NCBI GenBank assembly: GCA_964187785.1
Contig: OZ076409.1
Span: forward strand, 41,170,001 to 41,234,000
Length of the DNA stretch: 64,000 nucleotides
Reading direction: 5' to 3'
Source of the DNA: Amphiscolops sp. MND2022
Lineage: Eukaryota
In this document: positions 47,335 through 61,345 of the stretch, in pieces
How the letters are laid out: each line of letters starts with the position of its first letter
How positions within the stretch are numbered: the first letter of the stretch is position 1
The notes under the pieces: model-generated
Database searches by the model: none
What the model saw: the letters and a program-made list of their open reading frames with translations, nothing else
Told to the model about the DNA's origin: nothing
Position numbers and translations under genes: made by a program

Positions 47335-49586
47335 TGCTCTACAAGTACAAAAATCTGATAAACGTAAACTCTATTCGTTGGTAAATTATATAAAATGGTC
47401 TGAATCTCGATTCAACTTTTAGTAAATAAAAATGTGGAACTTTCACAACTCACTTGTAAAAGTGGGTTTTCATGGCACCCACCTTGTTAGTCCATTGACT
47501 GGCTCTAGTGTTGGTTATAACAGAATATGTCGTCTACGAAGGCTAAATATGATCACAACAATGAAAACCAAACAAGTAGTAAGTTCCTTTGGGTCATAAA
47601 AACAAATTTCGGAAGAATTTTGATTGGTTTACCGACACCGCTTCTAAGCATTGAATTATGGGGATCAGTGTCGCAACCTATTTTACTATCTTGGTAGTCT
47701 ACTGCAGTAGATTCCCAAAATAGTGCTTATGAGCACTCCTTTCTAATGCAAGCTGAATTACTTTGATTAAAATCCGTCTTCGATCGATTTTCCAGTGTTT
47801 TGCGGTTTGTTCCGACTTCGTGGTTCCTGTGTAGCGCGGTGGACCGGAGGTCCATTTTTCCATTTAAACCTTTTTCTAGCATTCCTAGACTATTCTGTAA
47901 CTCCGCGAGGACTTTCTCAGCAATTGCTGAGTCTATTGCTTGTAAAATCTGGGACTTAAGGTATAATTTTTTCTCATTTAGTTTCCTTGACGTTTGACTA
48001 GCTAGCTCAGAATTTATCATTCTTGCCGTTCCCGCAGTCATCTCACTACTCTCTCTACTATTGGTTTTTAATAGGGACCTGAAATTTTTTGGTGACAAAA
48101 AACTTCAAAAAAGTCATATATAGTCAAAAAAATTCAAAGGGGGACCCAGCAGTCTCTTCCGGTTTTGTATCTTGCGTTAAAAATTGAATACTTAAAAAGA
48201 CGCACCCCCGATGGGTCTTCGCTTGCCGGTTTTGTAGTTTAGTTCTGTAATAAGTGTCCACTACACATACATTCGGTTATCTAACGAAAGAAAAAGAAAA
48301 AAATTACCACTGTAATAGTCGGGCTTTTTTCTTTAAATGGAAAATGTACCGACTAAAAAAACATGCAATTCTACGATGTTGTTCGTTTTTGGTCACGAAG
48401 CAGTTTCTGAGAGTAAATTTATGTGCATACAACCCTTTGTGCCAACTTTGTTTGGTTGTGCCATATCTTCTTTCAGAACAAGACTTCTTTAATCTAGATT
48501 CTAAGAGAAAGTTTGTGAGAGATTTTATGTTCCGCGTAATGTAGAAATCAAGCATTGATTTAGTCCAAATAGGATCTTGTTTCTTTGTAAATGCACCTGC
48601 TGATGCGTTGCCGGAGTTCATTTGATTAGCATTTTCTGTGTTCATTTGTTTTTGTTCGTTTTATGTGTTTGATTTTACAATCGTATCGTGATGCCAGTAT
48701 AAGGGTACTAAGAACAGTGAAACAGTCGTTGCAACGGTTTATCCGGTTTCTATCATCATCGTGCTAAGATCTTAACACTACATCCTTGGAGCACCAACAG
48801 AAGAACGCAAAGAACCATCTTGGACATTTCTGATTTTGTTTTTCTGTGATTGATTGGACTGTTCTAAGCTCTTCGATTATTATTCAGAACCAACTTTTCA
48901 ATTCAACCATTCAAACGATAGCGGCACAAAAAACCTCTAAAGAAGAACGTCTAAAGGTGTTTTCTAAAATTTAATTGAACAAAATTCTTCATCATGTCGA
49001 AAATCTTGTAAGTAGATGGTCAGACGAATACAACTCTTGAATGCTATCCACAGCAACCGTGGAGTGCCGATGACATTTTGAAGGCTATCGCCATGGGTGC
49101 TAGTCTTCTATGAACAAGGATCCCGTCATTCAGCGCCGTAGGGTCTGTGGGTTGAAGGAAAATGTGAAAAAACGGGCTTATAAAATATCACCGTGTGCAC
49201 CAATTAAAATTGAAGCAAGTTACTAAGTGATGAATTTGTATTCCAGAACAAATTGGTATGGTCTGATCTAGAGCTTCAGAATAATATCTACGGAAGTTGA
49301 TGTGTGAATTGAATTACAATTTAACTCCCAAAACAATTGATTGCTAATTGAACGTTAAGAATATTGCTTACATTTAACTGTTTCCAACTTTGAATCAAAT
49401 AACTGCAAAGTTTTCGTCAGAGGTTTCAAAGTCAACGTTTCTGTGAAATTTTAAAAAGAAACTCTTTAAAAAGAAAAACTTTTAAAAAGAATGAAGTTCC
49501 ATTTGTTATCTATGGCAACAAAACAAGACTTGACAAACCTTGAATCTCTTATTTAGTTTTTTGATTTGGTTCCATTTTTATTTCAG

Positions 49587-49741
49587 ATCATCTCTCACCC
49601 CACAATAACAACCCATATTCTGTCTAACGGGTGGAGGGAATACAACAGTCAGTCGCCCTCTAGCGAATTTTCCCCTGACATTTCTCCTATCATCCTCGCC
49701 GCCCATTGCAACCAGTTCGAGATACTACAATTGTTTCTCAG
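49587..49741 (+). CDS. TRPC: TRPC exon 3
   Basis: IISHP...SEFSPDISPIILAAHCNQFEILQLFL; phase 0 to 2. Confidence 0.95.
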
Positions 49742-51037
49742 GTGGGTTAAATCTCTATTAATTCCACAAAAAAATGAAGTTTTCTTCAACACATTAGCTT
49801 GCTTGTATTTGTTATTTGTCGCCTTATGAAGCATAGGCCCCTAAAGTTGCACCTTCTGAAAAACAGGCCCCCAAGCATAAATGGGATGGGGCTGTCAGTC
49901 ATAAGATCCAAAATTTTTTCTCTTTTGAAGAAAGGTCCACGACTATAATAGTGCTCTACTAAGACATGGAACCTTGCTAAGATCCATGGAAAACAATAGC
50001 AAGCCTTGCCAAGATCAAAGGAACAACAAACAAGCATTGTCAAAATCTTTCTACAATCATGCCATGTCTTCCATATTTCATGAATTTGGCAAGGACTCGA
50101 TGTATTTCGAATCTGGGGTAATGCTATGCGTAATCACTAGATGCGCAAAATAAACAGCTCCAAATCAAACCGGCTCAGCATCTAATCGACGACTCAGCTA
50201 AAGTGTTTAGAACTGTTCACATGATACTAGGTCTACTAAGTCTGAACTTCTTGTAGCTCGACTCACAATTTTTGCATTTAATTTCTTGAGAAACCTTGTC
50301 CGATGCAAAACTTCAAATATTCAAGCTCTGATGATCCGTAAGTTCAATTATTCAGTCTCAATTTAACAAGGGTAGCAAATTTGAGGACAAAAAAGTAAAA
50401 ATTTAGTGCAGAACTAGCAGAAATGCTCTAAAATTTCTTGCTTTTATAGAAAATGCTTTCTGAATAAAAGACAAACAACGACTGGAAACCTTATACATTT
50501 TTATTTGACGTTTTATTTTGTAGTTGAATTGTAGACAATTGAAAATCAAAATGGACAATGTTCAAATTCCACGTTTCCTTGACTTTATTCCTCCATTTCC
50601 GTAAACGAAGCTTTTTTGCGAACCGAAACAATCCAAATAATTGACGTGGGACAGTGACATTTCAAAGTAGACTTATTGCAGAAACGGCGTCCAGACTCCC
50701 GGATGTCCAGACTAAAAAGATGAAAAGCGTTTTTTCTGCTTCAAATTTGCTGCTCCTGGAACTAAAATTTTCTAAATTCTAACCTTGAATATAATGGAAC
50801 AAATTATATTCTCCATTATAAACGAAAAACACTTTTCAAAAAATTGGGGTTAGGGAGTTCAATTTTCCACTTCGCATGTTGCATAATTTTCCAAAAAACT
50901 GGAACTGGTTTTCTCATTTCTTTAGATATGATATTCATTAATTCTGAATGATTCAAAATGCTTCTAAAAAAATTGGTCAAGTCTAAACTTGAATTGGCCC
51001 AGACTCTAGATCAAATAGTTATTTTATTTTGTTGCAG

Positions 51038-51309
51038 CCGTGGTGCCTTCATCAGCAAACCTCACTCGTCGACATGTGTGTGCACGTCTTGCAGTCGACG
51101 TCACGGACATAATCAAGGAGTGGGGGAGGGGCCGGACAGTCTGAGACAGTCCTTAATCAGGATCAACACGTACAAGGCACTTGCCAGTCCTGCTTGGCTG
51201 TGTCTCACCACTCAGGACCCCATACACGCTGCATTCAAACTCAGCTGGGAGCTCAGTTGTCTCGCCCGCAAGGAGAACGAGTTCAAAAAGATATACCTCT
51301 CCCTTTCTG
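51038..51309 (+). CDS. TRPC: TRPC exon 4 (TRP_2 domain, H-x3-C-x-C-x2-C site)
   Basis: RGAFISKPHSSTCVCTSC...DSLRQSLIRINTYKALASP...DPIHAAFKLSWEL...ENEFK. Confidence 0.96.
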
Positions 51310-51886
51310 GTATGTGCCTCGCACACGTCGAGAAACCAATATTAATTTATTCGAAGCACAAAATTTATTTACAATGTTTACAGCTGATCTATATAAATGT
51401 TGGTATTTATCTACATTTGCATGGATCAGTCATCCATATTATAAATAAATTGAGTATTTTTAATCATTTTGGGTGAGATTTCATTTTTAAAAGGTGAATC
51501 AATTTCATTATACGCATAGCTGTTTCATTTTTCATTTTTTAAAAGAAAAATACTGTGCGGCTTTGTGTTTATATTTGACAAAATATCGAGAAAAAAGTCA
51601 AGAATTCTAGAAAATCGAAAAGTCTCGAAATGTTTTGTTTAGAAAGGAGCATGATTTTATTGATGATTATGTATAAAATGCCCCCTGTTAATATACACTC
51701 GGTTTAAAATTTTCTTTGATTTTCAAAAATCAATGTATTTGCAACTAGATCAAATTTTTCATTTTTTTCATTCATTCCATTTCTTACTTGATTCATTTCA
51801 AATATCGCAGCAGGCAACTATAGTTTGAAAAATGGAGAAAGTCTAAAAATTTTGAAATCTTCCCATTTTTCATCATTTCTAACCAG

Positions 51887-52119
51887 ACCAATGTGAGAAG
51901 TACGCGGTGGGTCTGCTGGAACAGTGCAGAAGCACAGAAGAGGTCATGTCACTGCTCAGTAAAGGCTCTTCATTTTTCTCCAACTCTACTCAAAGTCACG
52001 TGGATTACACCACAGCTGCCCTCAAGGACGATCTCGAGTACCTGGGCAACATTGCACCCGGCAAACTCATTCCAGATCTGCCTCGACTGGAAATGGCACT
52101 CAAGTATCAACAACGCAAG
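51887..52119 (+). CDS. TRPC: TRPC exon 5
   Basis: QCEKYAVGLLEQCRSTEEV...LPRLEMALKYQQRK, donor gtaaag. Confidence 0.95.
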
Positions 52120-52652
52120 GTAAAGTTGTCATTGGTGGTTTGAGATATATCTATTTTAGTAATTATTTGCAGTATTCAAAATCCGTATATATTCTAGCTA
52201 GTTGCCTATTAAATTAATTATGGCTAATACGTATTATGGAGTTAATTATTTCAAGAGGTTTGTGAGGATATGTTATTTTCTACCAAACTTTTCTCCAAAA
52301 GTTTGGTACCGCCGCTGTAAATTTCTTGTATCATTTTTAATCGGAGCTTGATGGAATAAAACGCGATTAATACACAAAAAAATGTATTTCCTCAATAGCG
52401 CGGAGGGGACATCGAACAAGTATTTCTGCTTTTCTAAGTCGGTACCCTTTCGAGGTGACCATAAGAATTCTTGAAAAGTTCTTCATTGCGCCTAAGATCG
52501 GACGAGGGTCGAAATGGCCCAAAAACCCCTTCCCTTTTATTCGTAACACTTTCAGTTAGTACAAAGTTTTTCAAAACCCGAAAGGTCTTCTCTGCGAGTT
52601 TTTCCCAGCTGAGTTTCTCCGAACATGCCTCATGAAGGAGTGTCGTGTTTAG

Positions 52653-52841
52653 TTCGTGTCTCACCCACACTGCCAGCAGTTGCTGACATCTATCTGGTAC
52701 GACCACGGGCTGCCAGGCTGGAGGACGTGGCGTTTTGCCATGAAGTTCCTTGTTGTGTTCACCATCGTCATCTTGCTGCCCATCCACGCTCTCATCTACT
52801 ACTTCGCCCCTGACACCAAATATGGCCGCATCCTCCGACAG
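52653..52841 (+). CDS. TRPC: TRPC exon 6
   Basis: FVSHPHCQQLLTSIWYDHGLPGWR...YGRILRQ. Confidence 0.96.
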
Positions 52842-53144
52842 GTATCATTTTTTAAGTTTTGAAACGAAATCGGCGAAAAGACGTTAATCCAAATTCCACA
52901 GTCCTAAATTTGAAGCAATTGCATTAGATTGGAAGTCCGCATTGAAAAAACTCTGTGACTTATCGAATAGTTGAATGGTTTTTCTTTGATTCTTTGATTA
53001 AGGTAAAAGATAATTATGAAGCCATTCGAATTATGTCATATTTTTTAAATTTTCAATTCTTCCCGTACCCCAATTTCGGTAAGACTAAGATCATTCAGAC
53101 TGTTATCCACTATCAAATGAATAATAATCAGGTTTTCGTTCCAG

Positions 53145-53310
53145 CCTTTTATGAAATTCATCAACCACACAGCCTCTTTCGCAGTGTTCCTTGCGTTGTT
53201 AGTTGCAGCCAACAAGTCCTTCTTCTACGAGACCGACAGAAGTGTCTCTAGGAACAACAGAGGTCCCTATCCCACAGCACTGGAGGTCGCAATCAGTTTG
53301 TGGGTCATAG
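53145..53310 (+). CDS. TRPC: TRPC exon 7 (S1-S2)
   Basis: PFMKFINHTASFAVFLALL...RGPYPTALEVAISLWVI. Confidence 0.95.
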
Positions 53311-54151
53311 GTCAGTTGAAACAAGTTACAATTTAAATTAGTTATTCAAACCATATGTGTTTGATCAACGTGGTTGTGTAACGTAAAGCTAGCGGCGTAC
53401 ATACTAGAGCCGGGATGGAATAATGTCTAGGTTGCCTTGACAGGAGACCGTGGTCTTACTACAACTCTAGACATCAGTTTTTCTCTCAAAAGTGGTCTCC
53501 TAGGTGACTTTTCAAACGACAAGGAGGCTCTGCATTTAGAGCTGCGAAACTGTCCATGGGTAGGTTGCACCTTCCTTCTGGGCTACGGAGGTGTTCGCAT
53601 ATCTGCAAAACTCTCGGACGGGATGTTCTGGAAGGAAAGGCACAACACCGGGCATTTTGGTGATATTCCGTCAGTATTTTTTCGTCGTGCTTCGTCATCT
53701 CAACTGATTTCTGATACCTGCTAGGTCACAATTCGAATTTTTCAAAATTTTGAACAAATTTCGGTCCACCAAACTGGTGGACGTTACGTTAGATGTTATT
53801 TCCTTGTACTAAAAAAGACAGAAATGTCGCAATCAATCCGTGTTGAGGTATGCATTTCCATGAATGACCAAAATAATGCCATGCTAGCCAAGGTACATGA
53901 ATATCTGAAGCATGAATATAGGAAATCCGCCTATTTGAGATTCGAGCTTTTTTGAACTTTTCTTCTTTAACCATTCCAGAAGTTTTTTCTTACTCTGGTT
54001 ACGTATATTTTGTTCCATTTTGATTTCAGCATCCATTTTGATTTCAGCAAGGTTTTAAGTATCCTTCACGTTCCTTAGGGATTTACGTATTGATGACGTC
54101 GACTGAGATGTTGATGTAGACAAGTGCTAGCAGTTGTTGTTTATTTGTCAG

Positions 54152-54272
54152 GGATGGTGTGGGCAGAGTGCAAGCAGCTGTGGGAAGAGGGTCTTGATGA
54201 CTACATTCGTCAGTGGTGGAACTGGCTTGATTTCATTATGCTATCTCTCTACCTTTGTGCCATCTCTGCGAG
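54152..54272 (+). CDS. TRPC: TRPC exon 8 (S2-S3; absent from the ORF track)
   Basis: GMVWAECKQLWEEGLDDYIRQWWNWLDFIMLSLYLCAISAR. Confidence 0.96.
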
Positions 54273-54557
54273 GTAATGACATAAATTATAACCCAATTAT
54301 TATAACTTAATTGTCAACAATGCAACATCTGGAAGCCTAAGTCAAAACATTTGTTTTACATGCCAACTCCTTCCTCGCCAAAACAGGGAAGGAATAATAA
54401 TATATACCATATACGCTATAATGCTGGTCTTGAAACTTTCTTTTTTCCGATCTGTCTTCTAAATTGTAAGGGCCGAAAACTTTACAAAAGGATTGGAATG
54501 TTTTGAAGGAAATGTTAAGTCCACATGCTGTTTTTGTCACTCAAACTGTCATTTCAG

Positions 54558-54723
54558 AACGTGCGCAATTTACCGAGTCCGAATCAGCAATACTAATCAC
54601 AAGAACGGGCCTGTTGAAATTGAACGACGCTTCTGGCCTCCCGACGACCCCGTCCTAATCTCAGAAAGCATCTTCGCTGTAGCGATGGTCTTCAGCTTTT
54701 TTCGAATTATTTACTTGTTTCAG
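54558..54723 (+). CDS. TRPC: TRPC exon 9 (S4)
   Basis: RRFWPPDDPVLISESIFAVAMVFSFFRIIYLFQ. Confidence 0.95.
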
Positions 54724-55194
54724 GTTAATACCAACACCACACTTTGGAATCATTTGATGATTATTCAAGCCTTGTGGGGGTCAATATATACTTAATGTAC
54801 CCGTGAATGTATCGTTTCAATAAACTATCAAGCCAAACTTATCGAAACAACTTTTGAAAAAAATTTCAACTGAAATCTTACTTGATACAACGGCTATGGG
54901 TGGAATTCAAATACAGATTTTTTTGCTCTCGAGTAAAGCTCTTCAATAAAAAGTATCATGTAGCATTTACTGTAATTTAGTTCCAGCTGAAGGCTCACTT
55001 TCCGTAAATTTGGTTTCAAATAGAAAGTTTGGATTGTCATGCGAACTAAAAGCTTTTGAAATTATAGTTTTTGGAAAATTTTTAATTGTTTCGAACTTCA
55101 AAATAATCAAAGCTACTATGGCGGTAGAGTATTTATTCCTACAACAAATATCAATTCATCAAAATTAACTGCCTCCAATATCACTCCATTTCAG

Positions 55195-55412
55195 ATCAGC
55201 CCATATTTGGGTCCCCTGCAAATCTCTTTGGGGAAGATGCTGATTGACATCGCCAAATTCATGCTCATTTTTTTCCTTGTCATGATCTCCTTCACCTGCG
55301 GCATCAGTCAACTGTACGAACGCTATGACACGCCCCCCGTCAAGATTCAAGTCGGGGAGAAATGCGGAAGACCAGAATTCCAATATCAAGAAAACTATCC
55401 CTACTACGTCGA
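55195..55412 (+). CDS. TRPC: TRPC exon 10 (S5)
   Basis: ISPYLGPLQISLGKMLIDIAKFMLIFFLVMISFTCGISQLY, donor gtaagt. Confidence 0.96.
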
Positions 55413-56072
55413 GTAAGTGCTCCATTACAAATGTAAAAGCTTGAAAGTAACTCCCTCACTCAATCACCCCTGAGGTAAAATAACAATGTCATAGCCCCAC
55501 CCCTGGTGATAAGGTACCGCCCACTTTGTGGTGTGAGGTCACAATGCGGAACTGATTGCCAAATTTCAAAGTTGCTGTTTTTCAAGAAATGGTCGCTTCA
55601 TGACATTCTGATGTGACATAAAAGTATAGAGTTTCTCGCATTTCACTATCTCCAGAAACTGCACCTTAAAAACAGTGTCCAAAGATTCATGCTCCTGAAA
55701 TTCTTGATTGCAAAATGAATGTTTTGTACGAAATGCATCAACTTTTCTGAGCGAATAGAGATCACAAACGGAATTCTTGAAATTGACTTTCAGCTCACAA
55801 ACCGGAATAGTCAAGTTTAATGCTGCAAAATTTCACGTCTCTCAAATCAGCTCAAGAGTTGTTCTTGAGAAAGTTTCAAAACTTCTCAGTGCCTGGAGAA
55901 AACTAAAAGGAGAACATTGTTTTCCTTCTAGCCATAGACACCCACACCCTAGTTGATGAAGCATTGAAACATTGAAAGAGTAGATATAAGTTTGTTTGGA
56001 AATCCACAATATCTCCAACTTTTCAGTTTGCTATGAACTTAAATTGATTCTGTGAATTGGTCGTGGTTTCAG

Positions 56073-56280
56073 CGTAGGTCAAGCTGGCGTGAACTTGTTT
56101 TTCGCGTTGTTCGGTCTGAACCCAGACGGGATCAAGGGCTTCGAACTGAACATAGAGAAGCAACACTACTTTGTGTACGCCACCGGACTGTTCCTCTTCG
56201 CCTCCTATTGCATCGCCTCTGCACTTGTTCTCATCAACATGCTCATCGCCATGATGAGTCAATCTTACCAAGTCATAGAG
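56073..56280 (+). CDS. TRPC: TRPC exon 11 (pore helix, S6)
   Basis: NLFFALFGL...LVLINMLIAMMSQSYQVIE. Confidence 0.95.
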
Positions 56281-57691
56281 GTCGGCCATTCTTTGCATCT
56301 AATTTACGTTCAACTGACCATTTCAAATTTTGTGAAATAAGGCTGAAGTAGGACAGTCAGTTTCATCTATTGACATTACTGTTGTTTTCAAAAAGATTGG
56401 GTACGAGATGTCTTACATTGCAACCATGCCGTAGTAACATTTCACCGACTTTAAACTCTTTGACTGCCAAAAAGTTTTAACTGTAAACTAGGAACTTGAA
56501 AAATTCCAATATGTACAGTAGGGTACCAAAAGTTTATACGCACACATAGTACTATAAAGATTTCTCACATTTTTAGCAAGAAAAACAACATTTTGTAGAT
56601 ATTTCATGGTTCTTTGTCTGTTTCTCAAGCATTTTCGCTCCCAGAACTATACCATGGGAATTTTATTTTAATAAATTTGAGTTAAATGCGTCGTTTTTTG
56701 CATGTTTACAATTCTTAGTTTGATCAAAATCACAAAATTTTTCTATTAAAAAGGTCTCAAAAACAGCAATTCAGATGCCACTAGCGTCGTCTCGATCACA
56801 AATGTCGAACAAGTGCGGAAACAGCCAAAAAATTGAGTTTCTACTTCCAAACATGGGAAATCCTACTATTATCAGATGGCCTTTTAGATCATCATTCTAT
56901 CCGTTGCATCAATCTATTCGTTGTAAATCCTGGGCAAATGAGGTTTGAAATAAGGTCACAAAACGAGGGCATGTAAGTTGGTTCTAACACGGTTGTCAGA
57001 ACGAGCCGATAATCCTTGAAAAACTTATAACTGGGAAGATATTCTGTTGAACTCAAAAATAAACATAAAATTGATATGTAAAAATCAATTAATTTAGATA
57101 TATAAAAATTATGGAAAAATCGATGACCATAAATTGGTTGTTTCCATCTGACTGATCTTCTTAAAATCCAGCTTTGGGAGACTTTACTTTAAACATGGCG
57201 TCTCGTGTTTACTGCATTGATCGAAAAGAAATTACGGTGCTTAAACTTTTGGAAGCCCACTGTATGTCAATCGATTGAGATCGATATCCAATTGTACAGT
57301 GGAGGTTCCCGAACAGGACAACTTTAATATCCATTTGAAAGGACCTAAAATTTCAACCAATCTTTTGATGCGGGAGGATGATGAAATAAGTTTGACCGGA
57401 ATGCCCATGATTGATTGACACGTCTGATTTTAATTTACAATTGTACACAGTTTTTAAAGTTCAGCCAGTGGTTAAAAATTCTCGGCATTTTAATGTTTCA
57501 ACTGCCATCATAGACTCTTCTTGTCTTTAAGCCGGCTGGAATTTTTAGTCAATACACCGTGCTCTGAGGAAGTGCAATGTTATTTCAATGCATTGCAATT
57601 GAAAGTTTTTGAATGACCTATTTTCGAACAAAGAACCTTAAAATATTCAGTATGAACTATTATAAAGTTAGAATAATAGTTTCAGCATTTG

Positions 57692-60649
57692 ATTTTTATT
57701 TTCCGCCCATATTTCACAAAACGTGAAAGGAAAATGTTTTTCTCAGCCGGATTTTATTTTCATCCAATTTTAAAAATTGGCAAATGTGCCGTTGAAGTAT
57801 AGCTTTTCCCCATAGAATTTAGGAACAAACAAGCCGGGAACTGTCCAAATTGGCGCCCCGCGTATTGCTCAGAAAACGAGGAGTCTTTTAAATATGCAAA
57901 AGGGCAACTATCGTGAAAAGTTTAACGATCTAAGTGCGAAAAATTTTCGGTTCCTTCGATACGTTCGATACATTTGATACTCGAAAACTGTTTTTTCCCT
58001 ATTTGAAAATATTAAAAAACTCAAGTTTAAATTCTCAAAAAAAGTCGCTAAGGCCCGAAAAACCTAAGAAAAGACCTTTCAGGATCACAAAACGATTTTT
58101 GCAGACTAAAAACCTCAAAAAAAACGACATTTTGGTGAAATGAAAAATTTTTGTAGAATTTATGAATGCTTTATTAGACATGAAGATTCATAAAGCTCAA
58201 TCCTAAAATAATTTGCTCCTTAGCATACTTTTTATCTGAAGTATTTCAATTTTTTTTTCATAGACAATGCCTAAAATTAGAGTAAAAAGTGTCCAGTTTT
58301 CCAAAATTTAGATTTTTTTGTACATTATTTAAACATTCTATTATAGAAAATTCGAAATGATTTGAAACAAGACGCCCGCTGAGCAGCGAGATATTTTCCG
58401 CCCGAACTGTTCTACAACTACATAAATTTGAGGCTCAAGGATAACTAATGCACTATAAAAACGCTAAGAAGTTCGAAGAAAAGAAAACTTCGATTTATCT
58501 TTGCCCAGTTAAGAAGGAAACACCTTTATTTTAGTATTTCTGCGAAAGCTGGCCAGTTTTCGTAATTTCGACACTATGCGACTTACCGAGTGAATAGTTT
58601 CATTTTTTTTCGAGAACAATTTTCGAAGAATATTTTTTTGCAATTTTTAGTTTTTGAGGTTTTCTGTGAAAGAAATAAGTTTCCCGAGTCTTACGGGTGA
58701 CCTTTCCGTTACTTTTAATCATGTGGAACTGATGGAGTCTCTTATTGACTGTTGAAAATACATCATTTCAGTTTTTTTCGTCTCCTAGCCTCTTCCCGAA
58801 ATTTTCATTTGGTCAAAGCGTAGCCCCTTGATTTCATAGCTGATTTCGGCATAAAAAAGGTAGATTGTGAGCTGAAACTTGTTCCGCCTTCATAGGATTT
58901 TACCGAAAAAAAAAATCAAAAATATGGCGTTCTGAAAATCCTGTTGGGAAAAAAATGGTTTCAGAGTCTCAGGAGAATTTATTGGGATTATTTTTGGCAC
59001 TGAGAAAATGGTTTAGGCTTAAAACTAGGTCATTTGCAAGTTTAGGGAACTTGAGCGGTCCCTGGTTGGTATATTTTTGCACATAGTTCCATCAAAGGTG
59101 TCAAAAATTAGAAATTTTTCTGACAACTTTGGGATCAATTTGAGGAACTTTTCTAACATGAATCTACAGATGTCTTTTCACAAATAGGCCTGCTGGACAC
59201 CGAGTTTAGTTGTTGTTTATTGCTTACACCATTCTAACCCACGATATAGCTTGAAACATATTCCTTTGGAAGGTGTTCTCCATAGCTATTGAAAATAGGA
59301 AAATTTTGGGTTTTTTGTCGTTTTTGGTGCCAACTTGAGATTTTCTTCATCTAGAAAACTGCATTAAATTCTTCGGAAAAACGTTTTGGACCAATACTGT
59401 TCCTTGCTTACGCTTGGCAACATTCTGATCTACGAAGTCTGTCGAAAATGTGACAAAAATTGCATAAAAATTCGAAAAATAGAAAGTTTTGGGTTTTTTG
59501 TCACTTTCGGTTTCAATTTGAGACCTTTTTCATTTAGAAAATAGAAATATTCATTTCGGAAAGCCTACTGGACAGCTAATACGGGCCACTTTGACCGTTT
59601 TCAACATTATAATCAACGAAGTCCCACTAAAATTCGACAAAAATTGAATAAAATCGTTAAAAATCGGGAAATGTTTGGAATTTTGGTCGTTTATTGGGTC
59701 AATTTTCTCTGACAAAACTGCATTTATCTCTTCCTAGAAAACTATTGGACAAAAACATCGTGCCTTGTTGAACGTTTGCAACATTCTAATTTGCGATGTT
59801 TATCAGTAAATTGAAAAAAAACGCATGAAAACGGTAAAAAATGAGAAATTTTGGAGTTTCTGTTTTTTTTCGGGGCTAATTTGAGATATTTTTCATTAAG
59901 AAAACTGCAATAAATTCTTTAGAAAAGCCTACTGGACTATGACGTTTTCCTTGCTGACGCTTCTCAACATTCTAATCTACGAAGTCTGTCGAAAATTTGA
60001 CAAAAATGAATTTAAAAGTTTGAAAAATGGAAAGTTTTGTTTTTTTTTGTTATTTTCGGTATCAATTTGAGACCTTTTTCATTTACCTTTTCTGAAAAGC
60101 CTACCTGACAGCAAATGCGTGCCATGTTGAGCGTTCTCAACATTTTAATTAACGAAGTATGTCGAAAATTTGACAAAAATTGCTTGAAATTGTTAAAAAT
60201 CAGAAAATTTTGGAATTTTTGTCATTTTTGGGGTCAATTTTCTGGTACAAAATCGCATTTATCTCTTCATAGAAGACTATTGGAGAATGAATTCGTGCCC
60301 TGTTGAGCGTTTTCAACATTCTAATTTGCGGTGTCTCTAAAAAAATGACAAAAATTGCATAAAAACGTTAAAAAATTGAGAAATTTGAGAATTTTCTGGG
60401 TACATTTTCGGGTCATTTCGTCATTAAGGGGTCATTTCGTCATTAAGGGGTCATTTTCGTGATTTTAAAAAACTCCAAAAATCTCTACAATTACATATCG
60501 CACGAAGCGAAATTTATGTGAGTTAAATTCTATGGGTAACACCCTTAAAGTTGAACATAAATAAATTCTTGGCAAATTTTGTAAAAAAAACCCGTTTGAT
60601 TTAAATATTTTCCTTTCCCATATATGAAATATGGGCGGAAAATAAAAAT
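57692..60649. mobile_element. ~3-kb composite TIR element in TRPC intron 11
   Basis: 25-bp perfect inverted repeat ATTTTTATTTTCCGCCCATATTTCA at 57692-57716 and 60625-60649. A similar right end lies at ~33860. Confidence 0.7.
59285..60410. repeat. Diverged ~180-bp satellite-like array, ~6 units
   Basis: caacatt anchor at ~59418, 59603, 59779, 59965, 60138 and 60314. Confidence 0.9.
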
Positions 60650-60713
60650 AATAGTCACCATATAGTTAGATGAACCAATATAAAGGTTGTTTCGTTATGG
60701 GATCTTATTCTAG

Positions 60714-61040
<327 letters not shown>

Positions 61041-61261
61041 TGACAATTAACGAAGTCTTCATGGAATTTAATGAAATTTGAACTAAAGATATGGGTTGAT
61101 AAGGGTAAATTGTAGACCATCCAAATTCAATTATTCGAGAGCTGAAAATTACACTTTTAGTCTCGAAATTTCCTTATGATCTCAAGCAGAAAACTTGACT
61201 GACCAACTTTATCAACTGCTTACTTTGAAATGCTGATGAAATTACAATTTATGACTTTCAG

Positions 61262-61345
61262 GGAAACCGTCCTGTCAAACAAGCGAGCAGTGACGAAAGC
61301 ACGTGCAGTAGCATTTTGAATCCTCCAGTCAACTCGCACTACCAA
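61262..61345 (+). CDS. TRPC: TRPC exon 13
   Basis: Acceptor tttcag, GNRPVK...NSHYQ, donor gtaaga. It supplies the YQ that precedes DVMQRLV. Confidence 0.8.

Noticed and set aside
48254..49000. Short ORFs in TRPC intron 2
   Set aside because: No recognisable domain, and exons 2 and 3 join in phase without them.
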